Source: Rebecca billardiae RCC1528 (Eukaryota > Protista > Haptophyta). Taken from it: a stretch of DNA of 64,000 bases. The notes under the pieces were generated by a model. The model was not told the DNA's origin and did no database searches. It saw only the letters and a list, made by a program, of their open reading frames with translations. The stretch is taken from assembly GCA_965240325.2 (NCBI GenBank), contig OZ251248.1:62001-126000 (forward strand), given 5' to 3'. The first letter of the stretch is position 1, and each line of letters begins with the position of its first letter. This document shows, piece by piece, positions 1 to 12,188 of the stretch. The position numbers and the translations under genes are program-made.

Positions 1-2
1 TC

Positions 3-1020
3 GTGGGCGGGCTGCGCGCGCACGCGCCGCGCGGCTGCGGCGCGCGCGGCGCGGCGCGCGCCGCCGCGGCGTGCGCGCGCGAGCCGGCGGCGTGCGCGCT
101 CGCGGCGCACGCGCTCGCGGCGGGCGCGGCGCTCGCGCGCGCCGACGCGGCCGCGCGCGTGCGCGTCGCGCGCGCCGCGCCCGCGCTGGTCGCCGAGGCG
201 GCGGGCGGGCTGCTCGCGCTGGCGAGCGCGCTCGGCGAGGGCGGCGGCGGCGAGGGCGGCGGGCGCGCGCCGGGCGCGCCGCCGCCGCTGCCGCCGCTGC
301 TCCGCCGCGCGCTCGCGCGCGCGCTGCCCGCGCTCGGCGGCGCGCTCGGCGCGCTCGGCGCGGCCGCGTGCGCGGAGGCCGTGCCGGGCGCGCGCGCGCT
401 GCTGCCGCCGCCGCCCGCCGCGCCCGCCGCCGCGCCCGCCGCCGCGCCGCCGCCGGCGGCGCAGCTCGACGGCCTGGGCGGCAGCGTGCTCGCGCTGTGC
501 GCGCGGCTGTGCGCGCTCCTCGGCTCGCCGTGCGCCCACGCCGCCGCGCGCGCGCACGGCGCGCTGCTCGCGCTGCGCGCGGACGGCTACGCGCGCGCCG
601 CGCTCGGCGCGGCGGCCGCGGCGGAGGCGGCGGCGGAGGCGGCGGCGGCGGCGGACGGCGGCGGCGACGCGGCGGGCGAGGAGGGCGGCGGGCCGGCGGA
701 GGCGGACTCGGAGTGGCTCGCCGCCGAGTGCGCCGCCGGGCCGTGGCTCGGCGCCGGGCTGGGCACGGCGGCCGGCGCCGCGCTCGGCGCCGCGCGCGCC
801 GCCGCGGCGCGCGCGCGCGCCGACGAGGCGGCCGCGGCCGCGCGCGCCGCGTCCGCGCGCGCGCTCGCGGCCGCGCTCGCGCCGTACGCGCAGCGCGAGC
901 CGGCGGAGGGCGGCGAGCCGCCGGCGGGCGCGCCGCGCGCGCGCGACGCGCCCGCGCCGCCCGAGGCGTGGGCGGCCGCGGTGCGCGCCGCGCTCGGCCT
1001 CGGCGGCGGCGCCTCGCGGC

Positions 1021-1056
<36 letters not shown>

Positions 1057-1946
1057 TGCTCGGCTGCACGAGTCTTGCGCCGCTGGCGGCGGCGCTGTGC
1101 GAGCTGGGCGCGGGCGCGGAGCTGCCGCTCGTGCGCGCGTGCGCCGCGCCGCGCGGCGCGTGCGAGCTCTCGCCGCCGCTCGCCGACGCGGCCGTGCTCG
1201 TCCTTGCCCACGCCGCGCTGCGCCGCGCCGACAGCGCGCGCGCGCTCGGCGGCGCGCTCGGCGGCGCGCTCGAGCGAGCGGCGCGCGCGCCGCCGAGCCG
1301 TGGGCTCGCGCGGCTGCTCGGCGTGCTCGCGCAGCTGCGCGGCCACGAGCCACCCGCCCGCGCCGACGGCGCCGCCGCGCCGCTCGAGCCGCCGCAGCCG
1401 CAGCCGCAGCCGCAGCCGCAGCCGCAGCCGCAGCCGCCGCAGCCGCCGCAGCCGCAGCCGCAGCCGCCGCAGCCGCAGCCGCAGCCGCCGCAGCCGCAGC
1501 CGCAGCCGCCGCCGCACCCGGGCGGCGCGCGCGCGCGCGCCGAGTTCTGGGGGGCGGTGCCGCGGCTGGCGGCGGCGGCGTGCGCGGCGCGGTGCGGCCG
1601 CCCGGCGCTCGCCGCGGCGTGGCTGGACGAGGCGCGCCTCGCGCGCGGCGGCGGCGCGCCGTGCGCCGCCGAGCGCGCGCTGCGCCGCGGGCTGCTGTGC
1701 GCCGAGGCGGCGCGCGCCGGCGTGCCCGCCGACGACGCGGCGCGCGCCGACGCCGACGACGCCGACGCCGAGGCGGAGGCGGAGTCGGAGTCGGAGGCGG
1801 AGGGCGGCGGCGGTGCGTGGGCGCGCGGCGGCGTGTCGGATCGCCCGGGGGCCGGCGCCGCCGAGGCCGTGCCGGGCGGCGCGTGGCTCGCGGCGCCCGT
1901 GGCGGCGCTGCGCACGCGCGACGCGGCGTGCCAGGCCGCGGCGCTC

Positions 1947-1990
<44 letters not shown>

Positions 1991-2212
1991 GTGCGCGCCC
2001 GCGCTGCTCGCCGCCGGCCTCGCCGCCGTCGTGAGCGAGATGGGCGGGCCGCGCGCCGGCGCGGCCGGCCTCGGCGCCGCCGCCGCCGCCGCGCAGTTTG
2101 AGGCTGCGTGGCGGCTGGGCGAATGGTCGCTGCCGCCCGCGCAGCGCGGCGCGGGCGGCGCGGGCGGCGCGGGCGCAGCGGGCTGGGGCGCGGCGCGGCA
2201 GCAGCCGCGGCC

Positions 2213-2244
<32 letters not shown>

Positions 2245-2996
2245 TGTACGCGGCGGCGCGCGCGGCGAGCCTGCGCCAGCCGCAGCTGTGCGCGGCGCGC
2301 GCGAGCGCCGCGAGCGCGCGTCTCGTCCGCGCGCTCTGCGCCGCCGGCGCCGGCGGCGGCGGGTGCGCCGGCCCCGCGGCCGAGCCATCGCTGGACAGCG
2401 GCGCGCTGCTGCCGCTGTGTCTGCTCGGGCAGCTCGATGCGGCGACGCGCGCGCTCGGCGGCTGGGCGGCGCTCGGCGAGGCCGAGGACGCGCACACGCC
2501 GCCGAGCGCCTCCGCGGAGGCGGGCGGCGGCGTCGCCGCGCTCGGCGGCGTGTGGCGCGCGGCCGCGGCCGCCGCGGACGCCGGCGTGCCGCCGCCGCTC
2601 GCAGAGCCGCCGCTCGGTGCGACGCGCCGCGCGGGCGGGCGGCGCGCGCGCGCGCGCGCACGGCGCGGCGCGCGCTCATCGCGCGCACCCGCGCGGCGCC
2701 CCCCGCGCCCCGCGCCGCCCGCCCGCGCCGCGCGCGCAGCGCTGCTGTGCGCCATGCTGCGCACCGCCGGCGCGGACGCGGAGGCGGCCGCGTGCGCGCT
2801 CGCGCGCGCGCGGCTCGCGCGGCGCGCGGGCCAGGAGATGGCGGCTGCGCGCGCGCTGTGCGAGGCGCGCCGGCTGGCGGCGGGTGCGCGCGCCGCGCCG
2901 CGCCGCCCGGCGCTTCTCCGCGCGCCGCCCGCCCGCGCGACGGGCGGCGGTGCCGTGGCCCAGCGCGCCGCCGCCCCTCGCCCCTTCCGCGCGGAC

Positions 2997-3041
<45 letters not shown>

Positions 3042-6000
3042 GCGCAGGCGTGGGCGGCGTGGGCGGCCTCGGCTGCGCGCTGCAGCTCGAGCGCGCGCAG
3101 CTCTGCTGGGGGCTGGGCGGAGGCGGCGCCCACGGCGGCGGCGGCGGCGGCGCCCGGCTGCTTGACCCGGCCGGCGGCGGCGGCGGCGGCGCCGAGCCCG
3201 CCTCCGCGGCGTCCGCCGCCCAGCGCGAGGCCGCGGGCGCGTCCGAGGCGCTGGCCGTGCTCGGCGCGCTGCTCGGCGCGCTCGACGCGCAGCCGCCGCC
3301 GCAGGGGCCGGCACACAGCAGCAGCGGCAGCTCGGCAGCCGCGCAGCACGTGCGCGCGCGCGCGCTGCGCCGCGCGGCCGAGTGGGCGGCGGCGACGCAT
3401 GCGCTTTCGGCCGAGCAGGTGGAGAGCTCGCGCTTCCGGCCGGCGGCGAGCGCGGCGCAGGCGGCGCACAGGGCGGCGCGCGCGGCCGCGCTCGCCGCGG
3501 CGGACGGCGCGGCGGGCGCGGCGGACGGCGGCGCGGCGCGCGAGGCCGCGTGGCGCGCGCATGACGCCGCCCTCGACACGCGGTGCGCGCCGCCGCCGCC
3601 GCGCGAGGCGCGCTCCCGCCACCTGGCCTGTCTGTCTGCTGTCTGTCTCTCTCCTGTCTGTGTTCTGTCTGTCTGCTGTCTGTCTCTCTCCTGTCTGTGT
3701 TCTGTCTGTCTGCTGTCTGTCTCCTGTCTGTCTGTCTCCTGTCTGTCTCCTGTCTGTCTGTCTGCTGTCTGTCTCCTGTCTGTCTCCTGTCTGTCTCCTG
3801 TCTGTCTCCTGTCTGTCTGTCTCCTGTCTGTCTGCTGTCTGTCTCCGGGCGGCGGCGGCGCGCGCGGCGCACCGTCGCCTCTGCATCCTGCCGGCACACA
3901 CACCGCCCGGGTCGCGCACACGCCGCGCGCGCGCCCCTCCCGCCGCCGCGCGCCCTGCCTGCCGCGCCGCGCCTCGCCACAGGTACGGTTGCCTCGCCGC
4001 GTTCGCCGCCTTCGCCTCCGCCGAGCTCGGCGGCGCGCGCACGCAGCTGCGCTCGGCGGACGCGCGGCGGCGGCGCGCGCTCGGCGCGCGCATGCGCGCC
4101 GCCATCGCCGACGCCAACGCCGCCCTGGCGGAGGCGCAGCAGCAGCAGCAGCAGCCGCCGCCGCAGCAGGGCAGCGGCTCGGCGGCGGGCGGCGGGCCGG
4201 CGGCGCCGAGCGGCGGCGGACCCGCGGACGGCGGGCGGCGGCGCGGCAGCGGCGGCCGAGCCAGCGCCGCGCCGCCCGCGCCCACCGCCGCCTCCAAGCG
4301 CCGGCGCTCCGCCGACGCGGGCGCGCGCCGCGTCGACTCGCGCCAGCTGCGGCTGCAGCTCGGCACGCTCAGCCGCAAGCTCGCTGAGCTGCGCGCGGCC
4401 GACGACGACGCGGCGCGGCGCGCGGAGCGCTGGGCCACGGTCTCGCTCGAGGCGCACCTGCTCGCGCTGCGCGCCGGTGCGCGCTGCGCTGCGCGCGCGA
4501 CCGCGCGCTCGGCCGCGAACAGCCCCGCGCGCTCACGCCCGCGCCGCGCGCGCGCGCGCGCGCTCACTCGGCGGGTGGCGCCGCAGCGTCCGCGCGCTCG
4601 GCGGGCGCGGCGCGCGCGCACGCCACCGCCGCGCTGGCGGTCTGGCTCGAGCGGCCGGCGGGCGGGGCGGCGGGCGGCGCGCGCGCGGACGATGCGGCGT
4701 GCGCGCTGCTGCGCACGCACCTCGTCGCGCCCGCGGGCGCCGGCGGCGAGGGTGGCGGGCCGCGCCAGTGCCTCGCGCCGTTTGCGCAGCACGCCGGTGC
4801 GCCGCGCCGCGCCGCGCGCCGACCGCGCGCCGCGCGCGCCGCGCGCCGCGCCGACGGCCCGCCGCGCGCCGCCGCCGCCCGACCGCGCGCGCGGCCGCGC
4901 GCGCGCCGCTCCGCCGCCGCGCCGCGCCGCGCCGCGCGCCGCGCGCAGAGACGCTCGCCGCGCGCGCCGCCGCGGGGCACCCGGGCCTCTCCCCGGGCTG
5001 CGCCGAGCTCGAGGCGGCGCTGCTGCTCGCGCTGTGCGCGCCGCACGCGGGCGCGGCCGAGCGCGCGGCCGCGGCCGGCGCGCGCGGCGGCGGCGGCGGG
5101 TGCGCGGCCGAGCGCGCCGAGGGCGGCGGCGGCGGCTGGGCGGGCGGCCCCGCGCTGTGCGCACTCGTCGCGCTCGAGGGCAGCCCCGTCGAGGAGCCGC
5201 CGCTCGGCGGCGCCGCGCGCTCGCGCGTGCGCTCGCTGCTCGGCGCGGCCGGCGCGCGCTCCGAGGCCGCGCGCGCCGCGGTCGACGGCGCGCGGCGCGC
5301 GGCGCGCGGGTACGTCGCTCTGGCCGCGGCGGCGGCGTGCGCGGGCGCGCGCGGCGCGGCGGAGGCGGGCCCGCGCGCGGGCTCGCTCAGCCGCTGCCTC
5401 GGCGCGGCGGGCGTGCCGCGCGCCGACTGGCTCTGCCCCACCGCGCCCGCCGCCGCCGCCGCCGCCGCCGCGGCCGGCGGCGGCGGCGGCGCGCCGCTCG
5501 GCGTGCGGCGCGCGGCCGCGCGCGCGCCGCTGCCGAGCGCGCCGCCGCCGTGCGCCGCGCTCGGCGCGTACGCGGACGCGCGCGGGCGCGAGCTCGCGCT
5601 GCCCGGCGCGGGCGGCGTGTGCGGCTTCGACGACGAGGTGCGCTTCGTCCGCCTCGACGTGCGCGCGCACGCCATCGGCCTGCCCGCCGCCGCGGGCGCC
5701 GAGGCGGAGGCGGCGGCGGGCGCGGAGGCGGAGCGCTGGGCTTGGGCCGCGCTCGTGCGCGCGCGGCTCGGCGCGCCCGCCGACGGCGGTGGCGCCGAGG
5801 GCGGCGGCGGCGGGCGCGGGTGCTGGCAGCTCGTGCGCGCGCTGCCGCTGCTCTGCGCGCGGCGCGAGGCCAGCGTCTCCCGCCTGCTCCGCGCGCTCGA
5901 CGACACCCTCGCCGCGGACGGCGCGTGCGCGCGCGCGCGCGCGAGGCTGCGGCTGCGGCCGGCGGCGATGGTGGCGACAGCGGAGCCGCCGACCGCGCCC

Positions 6001-7023
6001 GCCGGCGGCGGCGGCGGCGGCGGCGGCTCGCTGCGCGGCGCGGCGGGCGTGTGCGTGCGCGAGTGGAGCGACGACGCGCAGCCGCTCGCGCGCGTGATCG
6101 ACGCCTCGCGCGCGCCGCGAGACGCCGCCGCGCTCGCGGCCGCGCGCGCGCGGCTCGCGGCACTCGACGGCACGCGCGCGGCCGCGGCCGCGGCCGCGGC
6201 CGCCGCGGCCGCGCCGCCGCCCGCGCCCTCGGCCGCGGCCGCCGCGGCGCGCGCGGCGGCGTTCGAGGCGGCGCGCGCGGCGGGCCCGCCCGCCGACGCG
6301 CTCGCGTGCGCGCTGCACGCGCGCCTCGGCGCCGCGCCTGACTGGCTCGCCGCGCGCGCCGCGCTCGCGCGCAGCACCGCCGCCGCTGCCGTCTGCGGCT
6401 GGGCGATCGGCGCCGGCGGCCGCACCGCGCGCGCAGGCGTGCGGCTGGACGCGCGCAGCGGCGTGCTCGAGCTCGCCGAGCTGGGCGGGCTGGCGTTCGG
6501 TGAGGGCGAGCGCGCGGCGTGGGCCGAGGCCGTCCCCTTCCGCCTCACGCCCGCGCTCGAGCGCGCCCTCGGCCCCGCAGGCGCCGACGGCGGCGTGCTC
6601 GGCCTGCGCGCCGCCGCCGAGGCGTGCGCGCGCGCGCTGCGCGCGCCGCGCGCCGCGTCGGCGCTGCTCGGCGCGCTCGACGCGCTCGCGCACGACCCGC
6701 TGCACCGCTGGGTGCTGCGTGCCGACGCCGAGGGCCGCGCCGACGCGCCGCGCGCGCGCGCCCTCGCCGCCGACGACGACGACGCCGACGCCGACGCCGA
6801 CGCCGACGAGCACTCGCCCGAGCGCGGCGGCGGCGGCGGCGGGGCGGAGGAGGCCGCGCGCGCCGCCGTGCGCGCGCGCGTGCTCGCGCGGCTCGAGGGC
6901 CGCGAGCGCGCGCGCGGCGCCGAGGCGCTCGGCGTGGAGGCGCAGGTCGGCCGGCTGATCGAGGCGGCGACCGACGGCGCGCGGCTCGCCGCCGTCCACC
7001 ACGCGTGGGAGGCGTGGCTCTGA
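3..7023 (+). CDS. ATM: ATM/Tel1-like PIKK protein (FAT, kinase-like and FATC domains), 5'-partial, catalytically degenerate. Inferred exons <3-2616, 2740-2883, 3048-3582, 3983-4476, 4587-4796, 4949-7023
   Basis: The C-terminus GVEAQVGRLIEAATDGARLAAVHHAWEAWL* resembles the ATM FATC domain. EAVPFRLT and LAHDPLHRW match PIKK kinase-lobe motifs. FAT-region matches are QFEAAWRLGEW, LQLERAQLCW and AVWLE. Five GT-AG introns (2617-2739, 2884-3047, 3583-3982, 4477-4586, 4797-4948) join the homologous segments in frame. Confidence 0.8.
1393..1512 (+). repeat. (CCGCAG)n coding repeat encoding a PQ tract
   Basis: Directly visible hexamer repeat that translates as PQPQPQ... in the ATM-like frame. Confidence 0.85.
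3628..3846 (+). repeat. Intronic (CTGT)n/CTCCTGT compound microsatellite
   Basis: About 220 nt made only of C, T and G in CTGT/CTC units, inside intron 3583-3982. Confidence 0.9.
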
Positions 7024-8420
7024 TCCGGACGACGAGCAGCGGCCGCGCGCCGGTCACTTCGCGCTGCTGTCACGGCGGCTGCGCGCCAAGTTAGGACTAT
7101 ACTACCGCGACGATATATGAATAAGTATACAGGGTCTCCAACACTGCTAAACTGGCGGACATGCACTTTGGGCAGCAGCTGCTCAGCGTACGGCCTGTGG
7201 CTCGGCCTGCCGTCCGACGCAGGGGTCAACGACGGCGGCCCCGCCGGAGCGGCCGGGCTTGTGTAGCACCTGCCCGCCTTTATTGGCAACTGCATGATGT
7301 GGTGGCGACTCGCGCTGCTCACTCACGAGTGCTCGGCCCGGGCACGCTGCACGCCGACGGCACGGGGCGGCGCTCCCGGCGCGGGCGCCAGATACAGTAG
7401 TACACGCAGCAGCAGACGACGAACGCGCCTCGTCGCGACGTGAGTGCGCGCACCGGCTCCCACTCCGCTGCGGCCGTGTCGCATTCAGACGACTGTGCGG
7501 CCGTGCGCCTAAGTAAGCCGTGGCCGTAGCCCGTAGTAGTATATGAGCAGCAAGTACGTTATTATTGGCGCGCCCACAGCTGTGCGCGCAGCCGGCTGCG
7601 GTGAGTCGGCGATGATGAGGCTTTATTTGCGTACTACTACCTTATACCTACGACAGTATAGGCAATCGCGGGCGCAATAGCAGGCGCGGACCTGTAGTCG
7701 CGTCGTCTAATCACGTATAGCGTTAAGTAACAGGCCGGGCGATCTCGGGCCGCGCCTAGACTGAACTGAGACTCGGCGATTGGCTGGTTCGCTCGCTAGT
7801 AGATACGCATCATATAGTCACATCATCATCACTATAAGTGAACCGGGCCCGGACTAGCTACTGTCCGGTCGCGGCTGACCGGAGAGTCAGATTGGTCCGC
7901 TGAGGCGCACGGACGCAGCAGTCGGCCCGCACGGTGGCGGGACCGGCCCGGCGCGCGGCCCGACCGTACGAGTACAGTAGGCCAAGTCCCGACTTCTCTG
8001 ATGACTTAGATGACTCCTGGCCAGTGCACCGCGGCATCCGTATGCAACATCGTCATGCCAGAGTTGCTCGATCCAAAATGGCGCCGCCCATCAATGAGAA
8101 TAATATATTATAAATAAAAGTTTCGTCGGCCTCGCCGGCCGGGCCTTTGAATATTAATTTGGACTCGTCAGTGAATACAGTGATGCTGTCTGAGCATTGC
8201 CGCGGGGGGCTCTGCCCACCTGCGCCCCCCGCGCCTGCGCGGCGGGCGGGCCTAGCTAAGAAACTGAGACTCCGTAGGCGCTCGGGCTACCGAACGGCTA
8301 AGAAACCGAGACTAGCCGTGAGATCTCTGACTTGTTATTGCCCGCGATTGCCTGTACGGGCAGTCGCTCTTCCCCGGTATGCGTCGCCCGAGTGGCCCGC
8401 CAGCTAGCCCATCGCTGGAC

Positions 8421-8830
8421 TCAGCTGTTCTCGCCGCAGCCGCGTGACGCAGCGCGAGCAGGTGGTCGGCGCCGGCCGCGACAGCGCGCACGCGCACCGC
8501 GCTGAGCGAGGGCACGCGTGCTGGCAACAGTGGCACGCGCACGGGCGGGGCATCCTCGGCAGCGCCAGTGCCACAACGGACCACTACGCGCCGGAGGTAC
8601 GCCATGTATGTGCCCACCGTCATGTCCCGCCTGCTCCTCGCCGCACGTGTGCAGCGCGCCACCCGTGCCGACGAGCGCGCTCAGCGCGCAATACACCGCC
8701 GACGCGCAGGAGGCGACGTGCGCGCACGCCAGCTCGGAGACGCGTTCGCGCGCGAGCAGCTCCTCCGTCGGTCCGTCCACGTGTGCGCGTTGCTCGTCGC
8801 TCGGCAGCGACGGCGACAGCGCTGGCGACT
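8421..8830 (-). pseudogene. RCC1-repeat gene relic (frameshifted)
   Basis: One frame gives ALVGTGGALHTCGE. Another frame gives PARVPSLSAVRVRAVAAGADHLLAL, a typical RCC1 repeat motif. No intron joining the two frames was found, and the frame stops soon after. Confidence 0.4.
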
Positions 8831-9163
8831 GGCGAGCGGCCGCCGCCCGGCACACCGCGGAAGAGTCGAGCGGCAGCGTTCGCGCTGCACAGGTCGCGCG
8901 GCGGCAGGCCCTCCGCGATGCACCCTCACCTCGACCGGCAGGCCAAGCGCGGGTCGGCCGTGTTGAGTGTGCAAGACTCCAACGCCTGGCGGCAGCCGTC
9001 CGGACTCATCTGTTGTCCATCCGGACTGCGCCAGCAGCAAATCCGTTGCAGGGCGGGCGCCGTTCTCGGGCGGCTGGGCTTCTCACGAGCGCTCTCCGCG
9101 CACCGGCGGCGCTCGCGCGAGCGCCGGCCGCGCAGGCAGCGAGCACCCCCCCTCGAGCGCGCG

Positions 9164-9477
9164 ATGGCGCCCCCTGGCGCCGCGCTCCCCCCACTCCCCG
9201 TGCCCCCCGCGCCGGCGCCGCCCGCGGCCGACGGCGGCGGCCGCGCGCGCGACGGCGGCGCGGGCGGCGCCGAGCCGCAGCAGCAGCAGCTGCGCGCCGC
9301 CGGCTCGACGCCGCACATCCGCTCGGCGCGCGAGGCGCGCACGGCGCCGCTGGAGGGCGAGCGGCCGGACGCCCGGCCCTCCTCCGCCCCGCGCCGCGGC
9401 TCGAGCACCCAGCTCCCAACCCTCGGCGCCGCGGCCGACGGCGGCGGCGCCAAGCCGCCGCCGCCGCGGCCGGCGTG

Positions 9478-9516
<39 letters not shown>

Positions 9517-11912
9517 GCTCGGCGCGCCCGGCCGCAGCGTGCGCGCGCCGCTGCTCGTGCCCCCCGGTGGCCGCGCCGCCGCCGGCGGCGCGTCGCTGTC
9601 GCTCGGCGTCGGCGGCGTCGACGGCGGCGGCGCGTGCGGCGGCGGCCATGCTGGTTGGGGCGGCGCGGGCGCGCAGCCGCAGCCGCTGCAGCACGCGGCG
9701 GGCTCGCCGTCGAGCGTGCGGCTGGACGCGCGCGAGCGCGCGCTGCTCGAGCTGCTCTCGGGCCCGTGCGCGATGCCGCTCCACGTCCTCGAGACCGCCG
9801 TCAGCTCGGACGCTCACCAGCTCGGCCTCGTGCGAGCGTTTGTGAGCGCAAAGCCGCCGCCGCCGCCGGCGGGAACGGCGGCGGCGGCCGTCTCGGCGGG
9901 CGGCGGCGGTGGTGATGGGGGCGGCGGTGGCGGTGCCGCGCCGTGCCGCGTGCTGCTCCTCTACCGCTCGGCCGAGCGCGACGCGTCGGGCCTGCTGCGC
10001 GAGCGCGCCCTCGTCTCGCGCCCCGGCGGCGCCGTGCCGTCGGCGTTTGCATCGGAGCTGGTCGCACTGGTCGTGCGCGTCACGCCGGCGGAGCAGCAGG
10101 CGGCGCAGGGGCTGCCGCCGCCGGCGGGCGGGGCGTGCGGCTCGCTCGGCGGCGGCGGCGGCGGCGGCCTCGGCGGCGCCACCGCCGGCGGCTCGACCGC
10201 GCTCGTGCTGAGCGCGCCCGGCGGCGGCGGCGCGGCCGCGGGCGGCGCGCTCGCGCCTTACGGCGTGGGCGCGGGCGGCGCGTCCGCGGCGGCGGGCGGG
10301 CTGGGCGGGCTGGGCGTGCTGGCGTCCGCGGCGTTCGCGGACGAGCGCGCCGACGCGCCGATCCCCAGCGCGCGCGACGTGCGCCACTGCGTCTCCATCG
10401 CCGTGCTCGCCGCGGGGCGCGCGGCGCTGCCGTCGCCGCGCGCCGACGCGGGCCTCGCGCCGCGCGGCCGCGGCGGCGGCGGCGCGGCCGGCGGCGGCGG
10501 CGCGGCGGGCGGGCTGGGCGGCGGCGCGGGGTTCCCCGTGCTCGGCGCCGAGTCGCCGCTCGCGCAGCCCCTCGCCGCGGCGCAGGCGCTCCTCTCGCAG
10601 CTCTACCTGCCCCTCCTCGGCGCGATGCTCCGCACGGCCAACCGCGCGGCCGCGCAGCACCCGACGCGGCGCGCGGCCGCGGCGCTCGCCGACGGCGGCG
10701 GCGGCGGCGGCGGCGTCGGCGGCGGCGGCGCGCGGCTGCTGCGCGGGCCGGAGGGCGGCGGCGGCGAGGGCGGCGCGCCGGTGCTCGCGCGGTACGACGG
10801 CGGCGGCGCCGGCGCCGGCTCCGCCGGCCGCGCCGTCCGCGCCGCGCAGCGCGCCGCCGCCAAGCAGGCCGAGGCGGCCGCGCGCATCGCCGACGCGCTG
10901 CTCGCACTGCGGCAGCAGCTTGTGCGCGCAGCCGAGAAGCTGAGCGAGGCGTCGGACTGCATGACGCTGACGTTCCACCTGCACGCGCCCGAGATGGACG
11001 GCGTGCCGCTCGCCGACTTCCCCGCGCACGTCCTCGCCGAGGCGCTCGGCCCGCCGCCGCCGCTCTCGCCGCGCGCCGGCGGCGGCGGCGGCGGCGCGTG
11101 CGGAGCGTTCGCTCTGGTCTCGGCGGTCGCGGCGTCCGTCGGCCCCGCCGGCTCGCCCTCGGGTGCGGAGGGCGGCGAGGAGGCGGGGCTGGAGGCGGAG
11201 GGGTCGGGCGTCGGCCCGTCCGCCTCCGCGCTCGGCGGCGCGCCCTCTGCGCAGCCCTCCGCCCTCTCCGACGCGCCCTCCGCCTCCGCCGCCGCCGCGG
11301 GCCCGCAGCCGTCCGCGCTCGCGCGGCTGCCGTCATGCTGCGCGTCCGCGTGCGGCGGCCATGCTGACGGCTCGGTGGCGACGGCGCACACGGCGAACTC
11401 GGGCGGCGGCGGCGGCGGTGGTGGCGGCGGTGGCGGCGGCGGCGGCGCGCGCGCCGCGCCGCCCGTCTCCGCGCGCGAGCTCCTCGCCCGCCTCGACGGC
11501 CCCGACGACTTTGCGATGGCGGCCGACGCGCCGCGCATCGGCGACTACTGCGCGCGCGTGCTCGGCGCGTGGCTGCACGAGCTGCGCGGCGCGCTCGAGC
11601 TCGGCGGCGCGAGCGGCGCGGCGATCGTGGCGCAGCCGCCGCCGCCGTCGCCGCCGGCCGCGGCCACGCGCACCGACTCGCCCGGCGGCGCCGCCGTCGC
11701 CGCGGCCGCGGCCGCGGCCGCGGCCGCGGCCGGCGGCGCGCGCGCGCCGCGCCCAAGCCTCCGGCTGAGCACCGCGGCGGGCGGCGGCGGGCCGGCGGCG
11801 GGGAGCGCCGCGCCCTCGCCCGCGCCGTCGCGCACCGTGTCGGCGGGCGCGGCGGTGGCGGCGCGCCGCTTCTCCGTCGAGTCGGCGGGCGCGTTTGGCG
11901 TCGCGCACACGC

Positions 11913-11950
<38 letters not shown>

Positions 11951-12150
11951 GCGTCCGGCGGCGGCGCCGGCCCCACGCAGATCCGCGTGCACCCGGTCGC
12001 GGAGGGCGACGAGGAGGAGGAGGGCGGCGGCGTCGGCGGCGTCGGCGTGGGCGTGGGTCCGGGCGTGGCGGGCGAGGAGGAGGACGACGCGGCGAGCGGC
12101 TCCGCGGGCGGCGCGGGCTCGGCCGGCGCGGGCTCGGCGCACGCGGACGA

Positions 12151-12188
<38 letters not shown>

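Noticed and set aside
3-6341. The 2112-aa ORF as a single protein
   Set aside because: It reads through introns, including the CTGT microsatellite, and ATM homology switches frames at GT-AG boundaries.
8444-9163. N-terminal extension of the dynein from the ORF-track start
   Set aside because: It uses a non-ATG start, has atypical composition and overlaps the RCC1 relic. ATG 9164 is preferred, but an in-frame ATG near 8918 cannot be excluded.
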